Assembly: GCA_964016885.1 (NCBI GenBank)
Contig: OZ024741.1
Coordinates: 367,412,001 to 367,476,000 of the forward strand
Origin: Eledone cirrhosa
Taxonomy: Eukaryota
Length of the DNA stretch: 64,000 nucleotides
Direction: 5' to 3'
Below, in pieces: positions 1-11,865 of the stretch (position 1 is its first letter; each line of letters opens with the position of its first letter). The notes under the pieces are model-generated. The model saw only the letters and a list, made by a program, of their open reading frames with translations. It made no database searches and was not told the DNA's origin. A program made the translations under genes and the position numbers.

Positions 1-1279
1 CTAGGTCTGACTGTCAGTCTCAAGAAACCGTCGTCATGTACCAACCTGCCCCTGGTAAGCAGTACACTGAACCAAACATCTATGTGTATGGCAAACGACT
101 TGGGGTGGTTGATCAGTTTGTCTACCTGGGAAGCACTGTCAATCGATACAGCAACCTTGACAGTGAAATCTCACTTAGGATTAGGAAAGCAAGTGATGCT
201 TTCGGAAAGCTAGAAAGGCGACTCTGGGGTCGGCGAGATATATGCAGGAGGACAAAGGTAAAGGTGTACAGGGCATGTGTGCTCTCTTGTCTTCTTTATG
301 CCTGCGAGACCTGGGTCACGTATCGACACCACCTTAAGCAATTGGAGCGTTTCCATCAGATGTGTCTCAGACGGATCCATGGCGTTCACTGGAGGGACCA
401 CATCAGTGATGTCGAGATTTTGGAAAGCTCTATGTGTGACAGTATAGAAGCTCTTGTGCTTAAGCAACGACTCCGTTGGAGTGGTCACCTTGCCAGGATG
501 AAGGATTCTAGAATACCAAAACAACTCTTCTATGGAGAGTTGGTTAAAGGAAAACGACCGCCACATAAACCAAAAAAGAGGTATAAGGATTCCTTGAAAG
601 CCTCTCTGAAAGACGCTAACATCTCTGCTGATACATAGGAAAATATTGCTGCTGATCGTAATAAATGGAGAAAGACTGTATATGAGGGAAAAGTTGCCTT
701 TGAGGCATCTCGAATCGCATACGAGAAAGTAAAGCGGGATGTGAGGAAGGGCATTGCTGTTGCACTTCCAGACAGCGAGGGTCCTCCTATGGTGCTGACA
801 TGCAGCGTATGTGCGAGACTCTGCCTAAGCAAAGCTGGACTCGAAAGTCATCTTCGCAGTCATTAAAGTAAGACCAGTGGTTGACTACCAGGCTGCTGTT
901 GGAGATGCTACTCATCATGCTTGCCAAACATGTGGTAGAGAATGTAAATCAGCAGGAGGGCTCAAGCGAGATGCAAAAGTACACGAACTCCAACCACAGC
1001 CGACTATTCCCAGTGAATGTTTTGGTTGCCGACTCTGTGCAAGACATTTTAGATCATTGGCAGGGCTAAAAAGCCACATTCGATCGCAGCGCTGTTAGTT
1101 GCTATCGTGTGTCTGTGTGTGTGTAGATATGCTTATGTGTGTGCGTGTGTGTGTATATATGAATATGTATATGTATATTATTATTGTTGTTGTCGTTATT
1201 ATTATTGTTGTTATTATTATTATTATTATTATTGTTATTAATGTATGTGTTTGTGTAAGTGTGTGTATATATATGTATG

Positions 1280-1324
<45 letters not shown>

Positions 1325-1420
1325 CTTTTTTTTTTTTATTTATTATTATTATTTTTTTTTTTTTTCTTTCTCCTCGTGCAATGGCCATACTCGATAACGA
1401 GGGGGCAGCCATCATGTATG
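1..1420 (+). mobile_element. RTE-clade LINE, 3' part (RT C-terminus plus C2H2-like zinc fingers), decayed; microsatellite between body and tail
   Basis: ORF 36-638 has FVYLGS, RIRKASDAFGKL, LLYACETW, RLRWSGHLARM..RIPKQLFYGEL (RTE RT end). Downstream CxxC...H motifs (CSVCARLCLSKAGLESHLRSH, CQTCGRECKSAGGL, CRLCARHFRSLAGLKSH). Tail GGCCATACTCGATAACGAGGGGGCAGCCATCAT runs into (GTAT)n. Confidence 0.88.
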
Positions 1421-2002
1421 TATGTATGTATGTATGTATGTATGTATGTGTGTATGTATGTGTACATGTATGTATGCGTACATGTATGTATGTATGTGTA
1501 CATGTATATATGTATGTAAGTGTGTGTAAATATAGATAGATAGATCTAGATACACATACACATATACACGCACACACACCCACATATATATATATTTGTG
1601 TGTGTATATATATATATATATGTATGTATACATTTTATATATATATATGTATACATTTTATATATATATATGTATGTATATATACATTATATATATATAT
1701 ACATATATAAATGGAATAGAATGAAACGAAATTTCATTTCTCACTCTTATAGTACGGTAGTTACTTAAATGTAAGTATGTATGTATGTATACGTACATAC
1801 ATATATGTATACAGACGTACAGTAGTATGTATATATATACATACATGCACACATATATATATATATATATATGCACGTATCGGTTTACCGAACATTTATT
1901 ATAATGCTCGGTTTGTTTGTTTGTAAACAAACAAACAGCCCGAATTACGCCGTACAGTGTTTAGGTAACCATGTCACCCCTTTGTTCAACACTGACACAG
2001 GA

Positions 2003-2045
2003 ACGATGTACTAGTTTCAAGCTTATTAGCTATCGTCAGTATCGT
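2003..2045 (-). ncRNA. Type I hammerhead ribozyme motif (type A)
   Basis: Minus strand reads CGATA-CTGACGA-TAGCT AATA AGCTT-GAAA-CTAG-TA-CATCG; palindromic stem III. Confidence 0.75.
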
Positions 2046-2211
2046 ATACCTTCCTCCCAGATGGTTGAACGTCTGAAAGTATATACTTTCCTTATGCATA
2101 TTAACGGCTGAGCAGCCTAATTTGCACATCGAGTGAGTTTAGTCGGCTGGGCGCACCGAAAACGATAAATGGAATAGAATGTATACGTCTGTATACATAT
2201 ATGTATGTACG

Positions 2212-2287
<76 letters not shown>

Positions 2288-2337
2288 AAATAAAATAACA
2301 GGAGGCTGGACTGGTGTAAATCCTTGAAAGGTTTATT

Positions 2338-2395
2338 ATAATATGATCATTTCAATGACCGGGTTCCATATGAATCCAGTGATATCATCAGGTAT
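2338..2395 (-). ncRNA. Hammerhead ribozyme motif (type B)
   Basis: Minus: ATAC-CTGATGA-TATCACTGGATTCATATGGAACCCGGTCATT-GAAA-TGATCA-TA. Confidence 0.75.
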
Positions 2396-4426
2396 TGGAA
2401 TATAACAAAGGAATATGTAAAAAACTATGGGTCCGAAAAATCAGAGACAGAGACAAAATATGGAACCCGGTCATTGAAATGATCATAGTATAATAAACCT
2501 TTCAAGGATTTACACCAGTCTAGCCTCCTGTTATTTTATTTTATTTATAATTAACTCCGTTTTCGCACCACTAACTACACAAACGTAGATGGGTGAACTG
2601 TACTGCGTTGAGTACTCTTCACAATATTACACCAGGATTGACCATACGGAATGACCAGTTCTATCCAGTGGTGAACCAACAAACCTAAAGAAATAATGCT
2701 CCAATAATGTTGGACACTTCAAAATGTAATATTGAACAGCGGCACTGACTTCAGTGTACAGCTATTGCCAGCATGGGATTAACTGATCTACTTACCATTC
2801 GGATTTTAGCTGCTCTGTGCTTTATCTACCGCCACCTGATACTACTTCCTTGTCGGGTTGATTCCGATTCCGACAAAACTCTACGTATTATACTAAAACA
2901 TGTATTGTATTGACTGAATTCTCTACTCTATATCTCAGGACTTTTTGTGACTCACACTGACTTCGGAGACCCGAACTTTACACTAGGTACAACCTGTTAC
3001 CATTCCATCTCCTCCATCCTCTATATCTATATGTACAATCTGTATTATCTTACTACAACTTGATCTATATTGTATTTCCCCTACACTGTGATCCCTCCGA
3101 TACGTTCTTATATACTTCCGTCTTTCTACATCCCTAGTTATTTACCTTTATTAATTTTTTTATTATTTCATTAATGTATATATTTTTTTTTATTATTTCA
3201 TTAATGTATATATATTTTTTTTAAATATGTTATTAATGTATTTTTATCAATGTATTCTATCTTTATATTTGTATTTTATCTTTGTATCCTGCTTTTATTC
3301 TTTTTTTGTAACTTTTCTTACTCAGGTCATTATGCACCTTTATAGCCCCTACCCACCTAAGAACCACACTACTTATAATCCGGACTAACTGGGACTTTAA
3401 AATAATTTTGGTCTATTTGCACTTTTCATTGGGTTGCTACCTTCGACTTGTGTGGTGGCTTTTCCCGGCTGCGCGCTGGGCACTCGGAAAGTTCAGCCTT
3501 CCTTGAGTGCTTGGAAAAATAAATTTCTCCTCTTTCGGTAAACGAAATTACTCGGAGCGGAAGCTTGGCCCCGGTCCCACCGCGCCGCCTGTTTTGGCCG
3601 CCATATTATACTTATACCTATAAACTCCAGGTTTAGGCATAACTGTTAGCTGTATCATGCCTCTACTGGCACGTAAATAAACCCTCATGTGTGATTTAGT
3701 AATATTCGTTTGGTATAGACGATGGCCTGTCGAAATTGTGGAGTACCCGCTGGCGCTCCCGGGGCCTAAGGTAGCTACGTTCCTAGAGTACTCGGAAAAA
3801 TTAATTTCCATTTCTTTCGCTGGACGATACCACTCGAGACTGGCTGACTCATGGTGGGGGGTGCTGGCTGGGACTCGCAATCGAAATCTTTACTCTACAT
3901 CCCATCCTAATATCTCATCGAGATAATTTTTTTCATATAAGACTCTCTCCGTAAGTTCATTAAATAAATCTCGCTACCTTAACCTTTAATTTTCTAATAA
4001 CTTATTTTTCGATTTATCATTTTGTAATTTAATATTTTTAATTTAATTTAATTTCATCCTATAACTCGCAACATAAGTTTAACGTTCCAATCTTCGGTTC
4101 ACACATTAGACCATACAGACACCCATTATAGATTCTTTGGAGTACATTTTTCGCCGCATTTTCTAGCATGAATGTAGTGTGACCGTTACGCTGACTTCTT
4201 TCTCCCTTTCTTTCTTTCTTTCTTCTCCTTTTTCTTTGACGGAGAAGTTGTAGTGCATTATAAGCCTTCGCCCCCTCACCAGATGTTCATTAGTAGATTC
4301 AGTTGCCACCACTTTGAGGGCAACTGGCCGAGATAGAGGCAGCTAGTTGGTCTGTCGTCCTCTTTGTCTCTGTCTCTGATTTTTCGGACCCATGGTTTTT
4401 TTTACATATTCCTTTGTTATATTCCA

Positions 4427-4484
4427 ATACCTGATGATATCACCGGATTCATATGGAACCCGGTCATTGAAATAATCATAGTAT
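4427..4484 (+). ncRNA. Hammerhead ribozyme motif (type B)
   Basis: ATAC-CTGATGA-TATCACCGGATTCATATGGAACCCGGTCATT-GAAA-TAATCA-TA-GTAT. Confidence 0.75.
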
Positions 4485-4565
4485 AATAAACCTTTCAAGG
4501 ATTTACACCAGTCCAACCTCCTGTTATTTTATTTTATTTATAATTAACTCCGTATTCGCACCACC

Positions 4566-4765
4566 NNNNNNNNNNNNNNNNNNNNNNNNNNNNNNNNNNN
4601 NNNNNNNNNNNNNNNNNNNNNNNNNNNNNNNNNNNNNNNNNNNNNNNNNNNNNNNNNNNNNNNNNNNNNNNNNNNNNNNNNNNNNNNNNNNNNNNNNNNN
4701 NNNNNNNNNNNNNNNNNNNNNNNNNNNNNNNNNNNNNNNNNNNNNNNNNNNNNNNNNNNNNNNNN
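4566..4765. other. Assembly gap
   Basis: Run of 200 N. Confidence 0.99.
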
Positions 4766-5003
4766 TGTGTTGTTTCCTTGAGCAAGACAATTTATTTCAC
4801 GTTGCTCCAGTTTACACAGCTGTAGTACCGGCCTTCCCGCTCAGACAGTGGGATGGCGTTATCTTATGGTTAAAACAGCACGACGTGCATTACGCTTCTT
4901 ATTTATAGCAGACATTTGAGCTATCCAGGACCCCATCTTTACTTTATTTTGTATTTTCTTATTCCATCTTATCTTTATGAATATTTTCATTATCTTATTT
5001 GAA

Positions 5004-5125
5004 GTTCTGAAGAGCTGCTCCATAACATTACTTAAGTTACTTATCTTCCTCTGAACCAGATCAATAACGATCTAATAATCAATTGATCCAGAAACATTAT
5101 ATAGAGTAACGAAACAATTGTAAAC
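5004..5125 (+). ncRNA. Hammerhead ribozyme motif with extended stem II (type C)
   Basis: GTT-CTGAAGA-GCTGCTC...~85 nt...GAGTAAC-GAAA-CAATTG-TA-AAC. Confidence 0.6.
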
Positions 5126-5255
5126 GGACATTATTATTCCTTACTTTAAACTACAATTACACTCTTTATTCCTTACATTAAACTGCAACTATGTTGACAC
5201 TCTTTAACTAACGTCTTCCATGTGAATTTTGTGGTGTTGTTTTGCTTAACTAATG

Positions 5256-5286
<31 letters not shown>

Positions 5287-5408
5287 GAGGTGAGTTTTAT
5301 TGTAGTACAATAAAGCAATGCAGATATCGGATAAGAAGCACTCTACAGTTTGTAGGACTGGAGTATACATAATATAAGATCAAAAGATGGTTAAAGGAGT
5401 TCCATGTA

Positions 5409-5475
5409 TTTTATTATGCGCATTTCAAAAACAAACATCATCATGCAATAATATTTGTGTTTTCATCAGATAAAA
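5409..5475 (-). ncRNA. Hammerhead ribozyme motif (type D)
   Basis: Minus: TTTTAT-CTGATGA-AAACACAAAT...ATGTTTGTTTTT-GAAA-TGCGCA-TA-ATAAAA. Confidence 0.85.
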
Positions 5476-7076
5476 CAGGAGAACATGATATGAAGGCTAA
5501 AAAACACTTGTGGATAGTGCAGTTTTAAATCAACATATGAAAAGTGGTTTTAGATTGATGTGTGATATTGGGAAAAATATTTTATTTAGAGGGGGGGGGT
5601 GGAAAGGATGAAAAAGGGGAGGAGATGAGAGGGAGAGATGGGTGATAGAGAGAAAGAGATAGTTTTTATAACTGAGAGAAGATATATTGTTTTACATAGA
5701 GAGGTTGAAAACCGTTGGAAGATAATGTATAAATTAAAAGAATTTGAAAATTAACGAAGGGAAGATATGTATGAGGAAAAAATGTTTTATTTAGGGAGGG
5801 GGTGGTGGAAAGGATGAAAAAAAGGGGGAGGAGATGAGAGTGAAGGTGGAGAGGGAGAGATGGGTGATAGAGAGAAAGAGATAGTTTTTATAACTGAGAA
5901 AAGATATATTGTTTTACATAGAGAGGTTGAGAACCGTTGGAAGATAATGTATAAATTAAAAGAATTTGAAAATTAACGAAGGGAAAAAAAAATATTTGCG
6001 AGGAAAGAGAGGGAGTTTATGTATGAAGATAGAGAGAAAAAAATAATAATTGTGGATGAATATTCTAACGTCAAAAAGGTGTATGTTGATAAGTATTGTG
6101 GCAATTTCAAAATTAACGAAGAGAAAAAAATTATTAAGGTTTGTGTGTAGAAGGATTTGAGAAAATATAATGTGAAGTTAAAGTTTGTATATTGAAGGAA
6201 TTGATAATATGTGCGAAGAACGAGTTAATATGTATTAAGAATGAGTTTGTTGATGGGGAGAAAAAAATAATAAATTAAGGATGAAATTGAGATTAAAAAG
6301 TTTTATGATAGAGAGAAAAAATAATAATAATTGCGGATGAATATTCTAACGTCAAAAAAACAAATGTATATGTTATGAAGGATTTTACAAGGTGAAGATA
6401 GAAAGAGGGTAATGAGTAAACAAGTATTATAGAGTGTATAATGCCCTTTGAAGTAAGGTAGGAAGATGGGTATATTTTAAAGAGGTGTATGTATATGTGC
6501 CTTTGAGAAAAGATTCTAAATTAATAAAGAATTGAATATTAACTGTATACTTTGTGAAAAGTCCTCAAAATAGGTGAAGGAATTGGTGCTAGTTATAACT
6601 TTTTGGCTCCACTTCCACCTCTTTTAAAGCTCGTCTCTATAATCACCATTCATCTTTCAAATACAAACTTAAAAGAACCAACACGGCTCTCTCAGAACTC
6701 ATATGGTCCTTGAAAGACAAAAACATTAAATATACCATCTTTTGGAAGAAGGTTTCTTCTGCATCCTCATACTTGAACAGCTCTCTATCTAAAATCTGTA
6801 ATCTCTGCCTAAATGAAAAATTTACCATTATCTCTAATCTAGATTCTATAATAAATAGACGTACAGATTTGTTTTCTATCTGCCTGCATAAATTCCATAG
6901 GACTTTTCACAAAGTATACAGTTAATATTCAATTCTTTTTCATCCTTTCCACCCCCCCCCCTCTAAATAAAATATTTTTCCCAATATCACACATCAATCT
7001 AAAACCACTTTTCATATGTTGATTTAAAACTGCACTATCCACAAGTGTTTTTTAGCCTTCATATCATGTTCTCCTG

Positions 7077-7143
7077 TTTTATCTGATGAAAACACAAATA
7101 TTATTGCATGATGATGTTTGTTTTTGAAATGCGCATAATAAAA
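7077..7143 (+). ncRNA. Hammerhead ribozyme motif (type D)
   Basis: TTTTAT-CTGATGA-stem II-GAAA-TGCGCA-TA-ATAAAA; 6-bp stem I, palindromic stem III. Confidence 0.85.
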
Positions 7144-7179
7144 TACATGGAACTCCTTTAACCATCTTTCTTTTGATCT

Positions 7180-7290
<111 letters not shown>

Positions 7291-7309
7291 TATATATATA
7301 TATACACAC

Positions 7310-7342
<33 letters not shown>

Positions 7343-7399
7343 CCCGATGGTAGCTAAGATGCTTCCATAGGCGGTATGCCGGTTGAGCACTCTATACTC

Positions 7400-7455
<56 letters not shown>

Positions 7456-7622
7456 AAGCAATCTTAGGCCGAAGACCTGTTCTCACCAAAATATGAATAA
7501 TCTTCTATAGAAGTAATTCTTTTTTATTTATTGTTTTTTAATTATAAAAAATCTATTCGTTTCTGAATCCTGCTTTGGATATGAATCTGTACTTCGCCGT
7601 CACACACACACATACACGCATA

Positions 7623-7696
<74 letters not shown>

Positions 7697-7700
<4 letters not shown>

Positions 7701-8349
7701 CTAGTTGATATGAAATGCTCGGATCTATTCATTGGAATCTTTGAGCTTATTCTGCAGTGGGTATGGCGCATGTCTCTCAGTTATGACAACCCTTAATTTA
7801 ATTTTGGATATATATACGGCCCCTTAATTGTAGAGCTAACTCAGTTGAATGGACTCGGCTGCTATTTCTAGCTGTCGATAATCCTATTCACGCCACTGGG
7901 ATGACGCTGTGCGATGTGTGTATTTTTTAAAAATGCAACACGTGGTTCGAGTCATTCACAGATTTGCATTTGCTTTGTAAACGCAGAAAGTTGGATCTTC
8001 TCCTTTGGATTTGACTACTGTGATTTACTGATTAATTGGTGAAATATATTTTTTATTTAAAGAAATATTTTTTATTTAAAGAAATATACACAAAGGAGAT
8101 TAATCATTTTAAAAGGTATCTATATTTGAAGTTCTAGTTAAACTTTAATTGGTTACCTACCTAGCTATGTGTGCTTACACACTTTACAAATTATTCCCTG
8201 TGATTGTTCCATATGTTTATTTTATATATATATGTCAATCTATTTCTAGTTGATATGAAATGCTCGGATCTATTCATTGGAATCTTTGAGTTTATTCTGC
8301 AGTGGGTATGGCGCATGTCTCTCACACATGACAACTCTTAATTTAATTT

Positions 8350-8411
<62 letters not shown>

Positions 8412-8535
8412 TCCAAAATTAAATTAAGGGTGTCATGTCAGAAAGACATGCACCATATCCACTGTAGAATATGCTCGAATATTCCAATAAAGATCCGAGC
8501 ATTTTATATCATTTTATATCAATTTCTAGTTGATA
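7697..8535. mobile_element. Non-coding element with ~546-nt tandem period plus an inverted fragment (related to 59625-60436)
   Basis: ATTTCTAGTTGATATGAAATGCTCGGATCTATTCATTGGAATC at 7697 and 8243; diverged reverse-complement copy at 8408-8535; bounded by (TA)n. Confidence 0.7.
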
Positions 8536-8569
8536 TATACAATACATACATACATTTACCGCACTCACA

Positions 8570-9147
8570 TACATAAGCTTGATGTCTCCCACAAACGTTG
8601 TCTTCGCTCTGTCTGTAGATATTCACTTTCTGATAGAGTCTTCAATGTCGAACTGTTCACAAAGTACATTGGTGAGATTGAGTTATTTCTGATGCAACCC
8701 CAACTTAGAAGGGCTGGTCATGTCTTATGGATGTCTGAGGACCGCATACCTGGGTACTGTTGTACAGTCGGCTCCAGGATGGTGTGAATAGTGTGGGCAG
8801 GCCAATACTCCGATATAAGGACAAACTAATCTTAAGTCTTTCAACGTACCTCTTTCTTCGTTTGAAGCCATGACTACCAACTGTAAAAGATGGAGAATCG
8901 TCTGCCACCAAGGTATAAAGAACCTTGAGAAATCACGTTTAGCCCACCTCTGTGAGATAAGATTTGACACCAGAGTCCGGTCAAGCATTCCAGCTTGTTT
9001 TATTCAAGATCCTGTCACCTGCACCAAATGCAGATTGATGAGTAAATCAGCAGCTGGATTGAAGTGCCATTTAAGGCATAAACATAAAACAATGAACTGA
9101 AAAGACTGTTGAACCCTCATACGTCGAATCGACGGGAGAGTCCATCA
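8570..9147 (+). mobile_element. RTE-clade LINE 3' fragment, decayed
   Basis: QLRRAGHVLWMSEDRIP motif; CTKCRLMSKSAAGLKCHLRHKH finger; tail CGTCGAATCGACGGGAGAGTCCATCAT. Confidence 0.75.
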
Positions 9148-9157
9148 TATATATATC

Positions 9158-9950
9158 GGAAAATGCGTGGGATTCTTGGAACAGTTAGATTTATTTGAAA
9201 AAAGGAAAAGAATGACTTCACTTGTAGTTGGTATTCTATAACAATTTAATTTCATAATTTTATAATTTTGCTTTGTAGATCTAATCAGTATGGGTTTGTA
9301 CTTTCTAATGAAGTATCTTTCTTCGTATTTCCGGAAATGTTCGTTGACCGACCATATTTTAAAGAAGGGGAAAATTGTGAATTTTCCCTTCCCGCATGAT
9401 GGGAAGTGTTCACTGGACGTGGTGTTTCTGACAGATGGACCCTAACACTGTCATATAGACTCGTTCCGGTTTCACCAATGTAGTATTCTTTACACTGTGA
9501 GCAAGTCGCACAATAAATTAAGTTCTTTATTTGCAATTCATGCTTGTGTTTACTTTGAAAATATCACTAGTCTTAGTCTTTTCGTTATTACCACAGAAGA
9601 GAGTCTCTAAAGGTGATTTGTCCACCCTCTTCAATGTATTCGCAAGTTCCGCATCGAGGGTCCCCGCATTTCTTAACTTGCATTGTTTCATTGTCAGACG
9701 TAAACTTCGCCTTGGTAAGCAGTTTTTTTAAGGTTGGGTGCTTGGCGTATACTATATATTATTTGTGAGTCTTCTATGAGTGCATTCATTTTCGGGGACT
9801 GCTGGAGAATCGGGAGATATTGTTTAGCTGCTTTCACAATGTTGAAGTTTCTTGGATTGTGGGTGACGACAAAAGGGATAACTGGTTTTTCCCTTTTATT
9901 ATGTAGGTTTGTTTTTCTCAGTATTGTCACTGGGATGTTCTAGGCCTTGG
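9158..9950 (-). mobile_element. Penelope-like element GIY-YIG fragment, decayed
   Basis: Minus: IPFVVTHNPRN, RQAPNLKK, CGDPRCGTC, NLIYCATCSQCKEYYIGETG; similar to 56289-57089. Confidence 0.8.
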
Positions 9951-10611
9951 AGGTAGCCGTATTGATGAATCCTTTTCTTTGAAATTGCTTTGTCTTACTT
10001 TCTCACCTGATCTTTCTTCCCGTAAGGTAAATCTGCTTCCCGAATGGGTGGGTCATTATATACGTCAAAGGACTACCTCACATCGGAGGCCATTTTGTAG
10101 TTTTACAAGTTCACAATTCGTCTGTGAATGATATTTGGGTAGGAGCACCATTTTTCCACTTGGATCTCCACAACCAGTTTCAGAAGAGAGTATCTAATTT
10201 GATTAGTCCCTCTCTTGCAACCCTTGTCATATTGACGTGACGTCACTAGTCTTAGTCTTTTCTATTGTTATTACCACAGAAGCGAGTCTCTAATTTGATT
10301 GGTTCCTCTCTTGCTTCAACACTGTAACCCTTGCCACATTGACGTGACGTCACTAATCTTAGTCTTTTCTACCGTTATGACCACAGGAAGTGCTCGGATA
10401 AACTTTCTCTTTTGGTTCCAAATCAATTTGTGCCATCTCGCCTAACTCGAAACTGACAGCGGCTTCATACAAATGTTGTTGTGGGTCCACGAATAAGGAA
10501 GTCTTTCTACGGTCGTATTAAGTGTTTTTGCAGTCAATGCATGCATGTATGTATGTATGTATGTATGTATGTATGTATGTATGTATGTATGTATGTATGT
10601 ATGTATGTATT

Positions 10612-11068
10612 AAAGGGCAAAGGAGCTCTTAAGAGTCAATGGCCATCCAAAATCACCGGGAGAGATGACCCCTTAGCCTTTGTCAAGGCAGAATTCTAGG
10701 AGAAGGAAAACTCTGAAATAACACCTGCAGTCCTGATGGTATCCAATGATGTTGACTTGTTCTTCTTTTTGGTAAATATCATCTTGGTTAAGAGAGTGGG
10801 ACTGGCTTTGTGCAGTGCCTTTGCTCACTATAAAAGCTTCACGGCATATGCATTGCTTTATATCTGGAGATCTCTCTGCACTTGTCGTTACATGGTACCA
10901 TGGGCCCAGCACTATGTGTCAATAATTGTCACAAGTGTAGTGTTTGTACCAGAGTTTTCAAGTCGCTGGCTGGACTAAAAAGTCAAACTCGTTCAGCGCA
11001 TCGGTAGGAGTTCTCCTACATGGATATAAAGTAGTGGCCATACTCGAAAACGAGTTGGCAGCCACCAT
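10612..11068 (+). mobile_element. Short non-autonomous retroposon with an RTE-type 3' tail, in (GTAT)n
   Basis: Highly similar to the reverse complement of 32612-33066 and 33232-33690; ends GGCCATACTCGAAAACGAGTTGGCAGCCACCAT(GTAT)n; fragments at 11096-11300 and 14905-15128. Confidence 0.8.
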
Positions 11069-11331
11069 GTATGTATGTATGTATGTATGTATGTATCATT
11101 AGTTACCGATGATGTTGATCTTTTCTTCTTTTGGGGTTACTCAGAGAGTGGGATTGGCTCAGTGCACAGTCTTTCCTCACTTAAAAAAAATCTTCACGCA
11201 CAGGCATTGCACGGCAGCATTAATTGATAATTATTAATTATTAATAATGTTATATCATGCAATGGCCATACTCGATAACGAGGGAGCATCCATCATCATG
11301 TACGTATGTGTATGTATGTATATATATATAA

Positions 11332-11366
<35 letters not shown>

Positions 11367-11677
11367 TGTGTGTCTGTGTGTCTGTGTGTATTAACGGCAA
11401 CCTTTAATAATTTATCATTAGTCACCTCAGCGGTGATTATGTCAACTCAACGATAGGCTTCTTCAAAATAGAAATGTTAAAATGTTTGTTAGTAACAAGT
11501 GACCAGCTTGTCAAAACACCAATGTGTATATTACTTTGAACTTTCCTGTGCTACTTATGTTTATTTTGTTCAGGCGATTCTACAAGGAGGTTGTCATAGG
11601 GGAGATGAAGTTACTGATCCGCAGAAAGGCGTGAGGCCTGCAGTAACGTCCTATCGTGGGCGTGGAAAAACTCTGTG

Positions 11678-11865
11678 CCTCTGTCAATCTTTCACTAGTG
11701 TGGTCATGGGCGGGGAGCCTGCCGTAGTGTCATGCTGTGGGCGTGGAGCAGATCTGTGACTCTGTCAATCTTCCACTAGGGTGGTCATGGGCGGGGAGCC
11801 TGTCGTAGAGTCATGCTGTGGGCGTGGAGTATGTCTGTGACTTTATCAATCTATGGTCAGTGTGG
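11678..11865. repeat. GC-rich minisatellite, ~82-nt unit, ~2.3 copies
   Basis: CTCTGTCAATCTT..ACTAG.GTGGTCATGGGCGGGGAGCCTG.CGTAG.GTCATGCTGTGGGCGTGGAG repeated. Confidence 0.75.

Larger units (their letters stand above)
2285..4565 (+). mobile_element. Non-autonomous Penelope-like/retrozyme-like element: inverted 5' repeat plus partial tandem pseudo-LTR, no convincing ORF
   Basis: 2285-2456 is the reverse complement of 4367-4535; 2457-2570 is a direct repeat of 4451-4564; hammerheads lie in the repeats; left end abuts (CA)n/(TA)n; right end runs into the gap. Confidence 0.75.

Noticed and set aside
3548-3880. 110-aa minus-strand ORF inside the type-B element
   Set aside because: No recognisable domain; similarity to the 40-41 kb copy is limited to the short repeated motif, whose two internal copies read in different frames. 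Not called as a CDS.
10190-10385. Repeated GACGTGACGTCACTA block resembling CRE sites
   Set aside because: It is part of a two-copy local tandem duplication with no gene nearby; regulatory function is unsupported.
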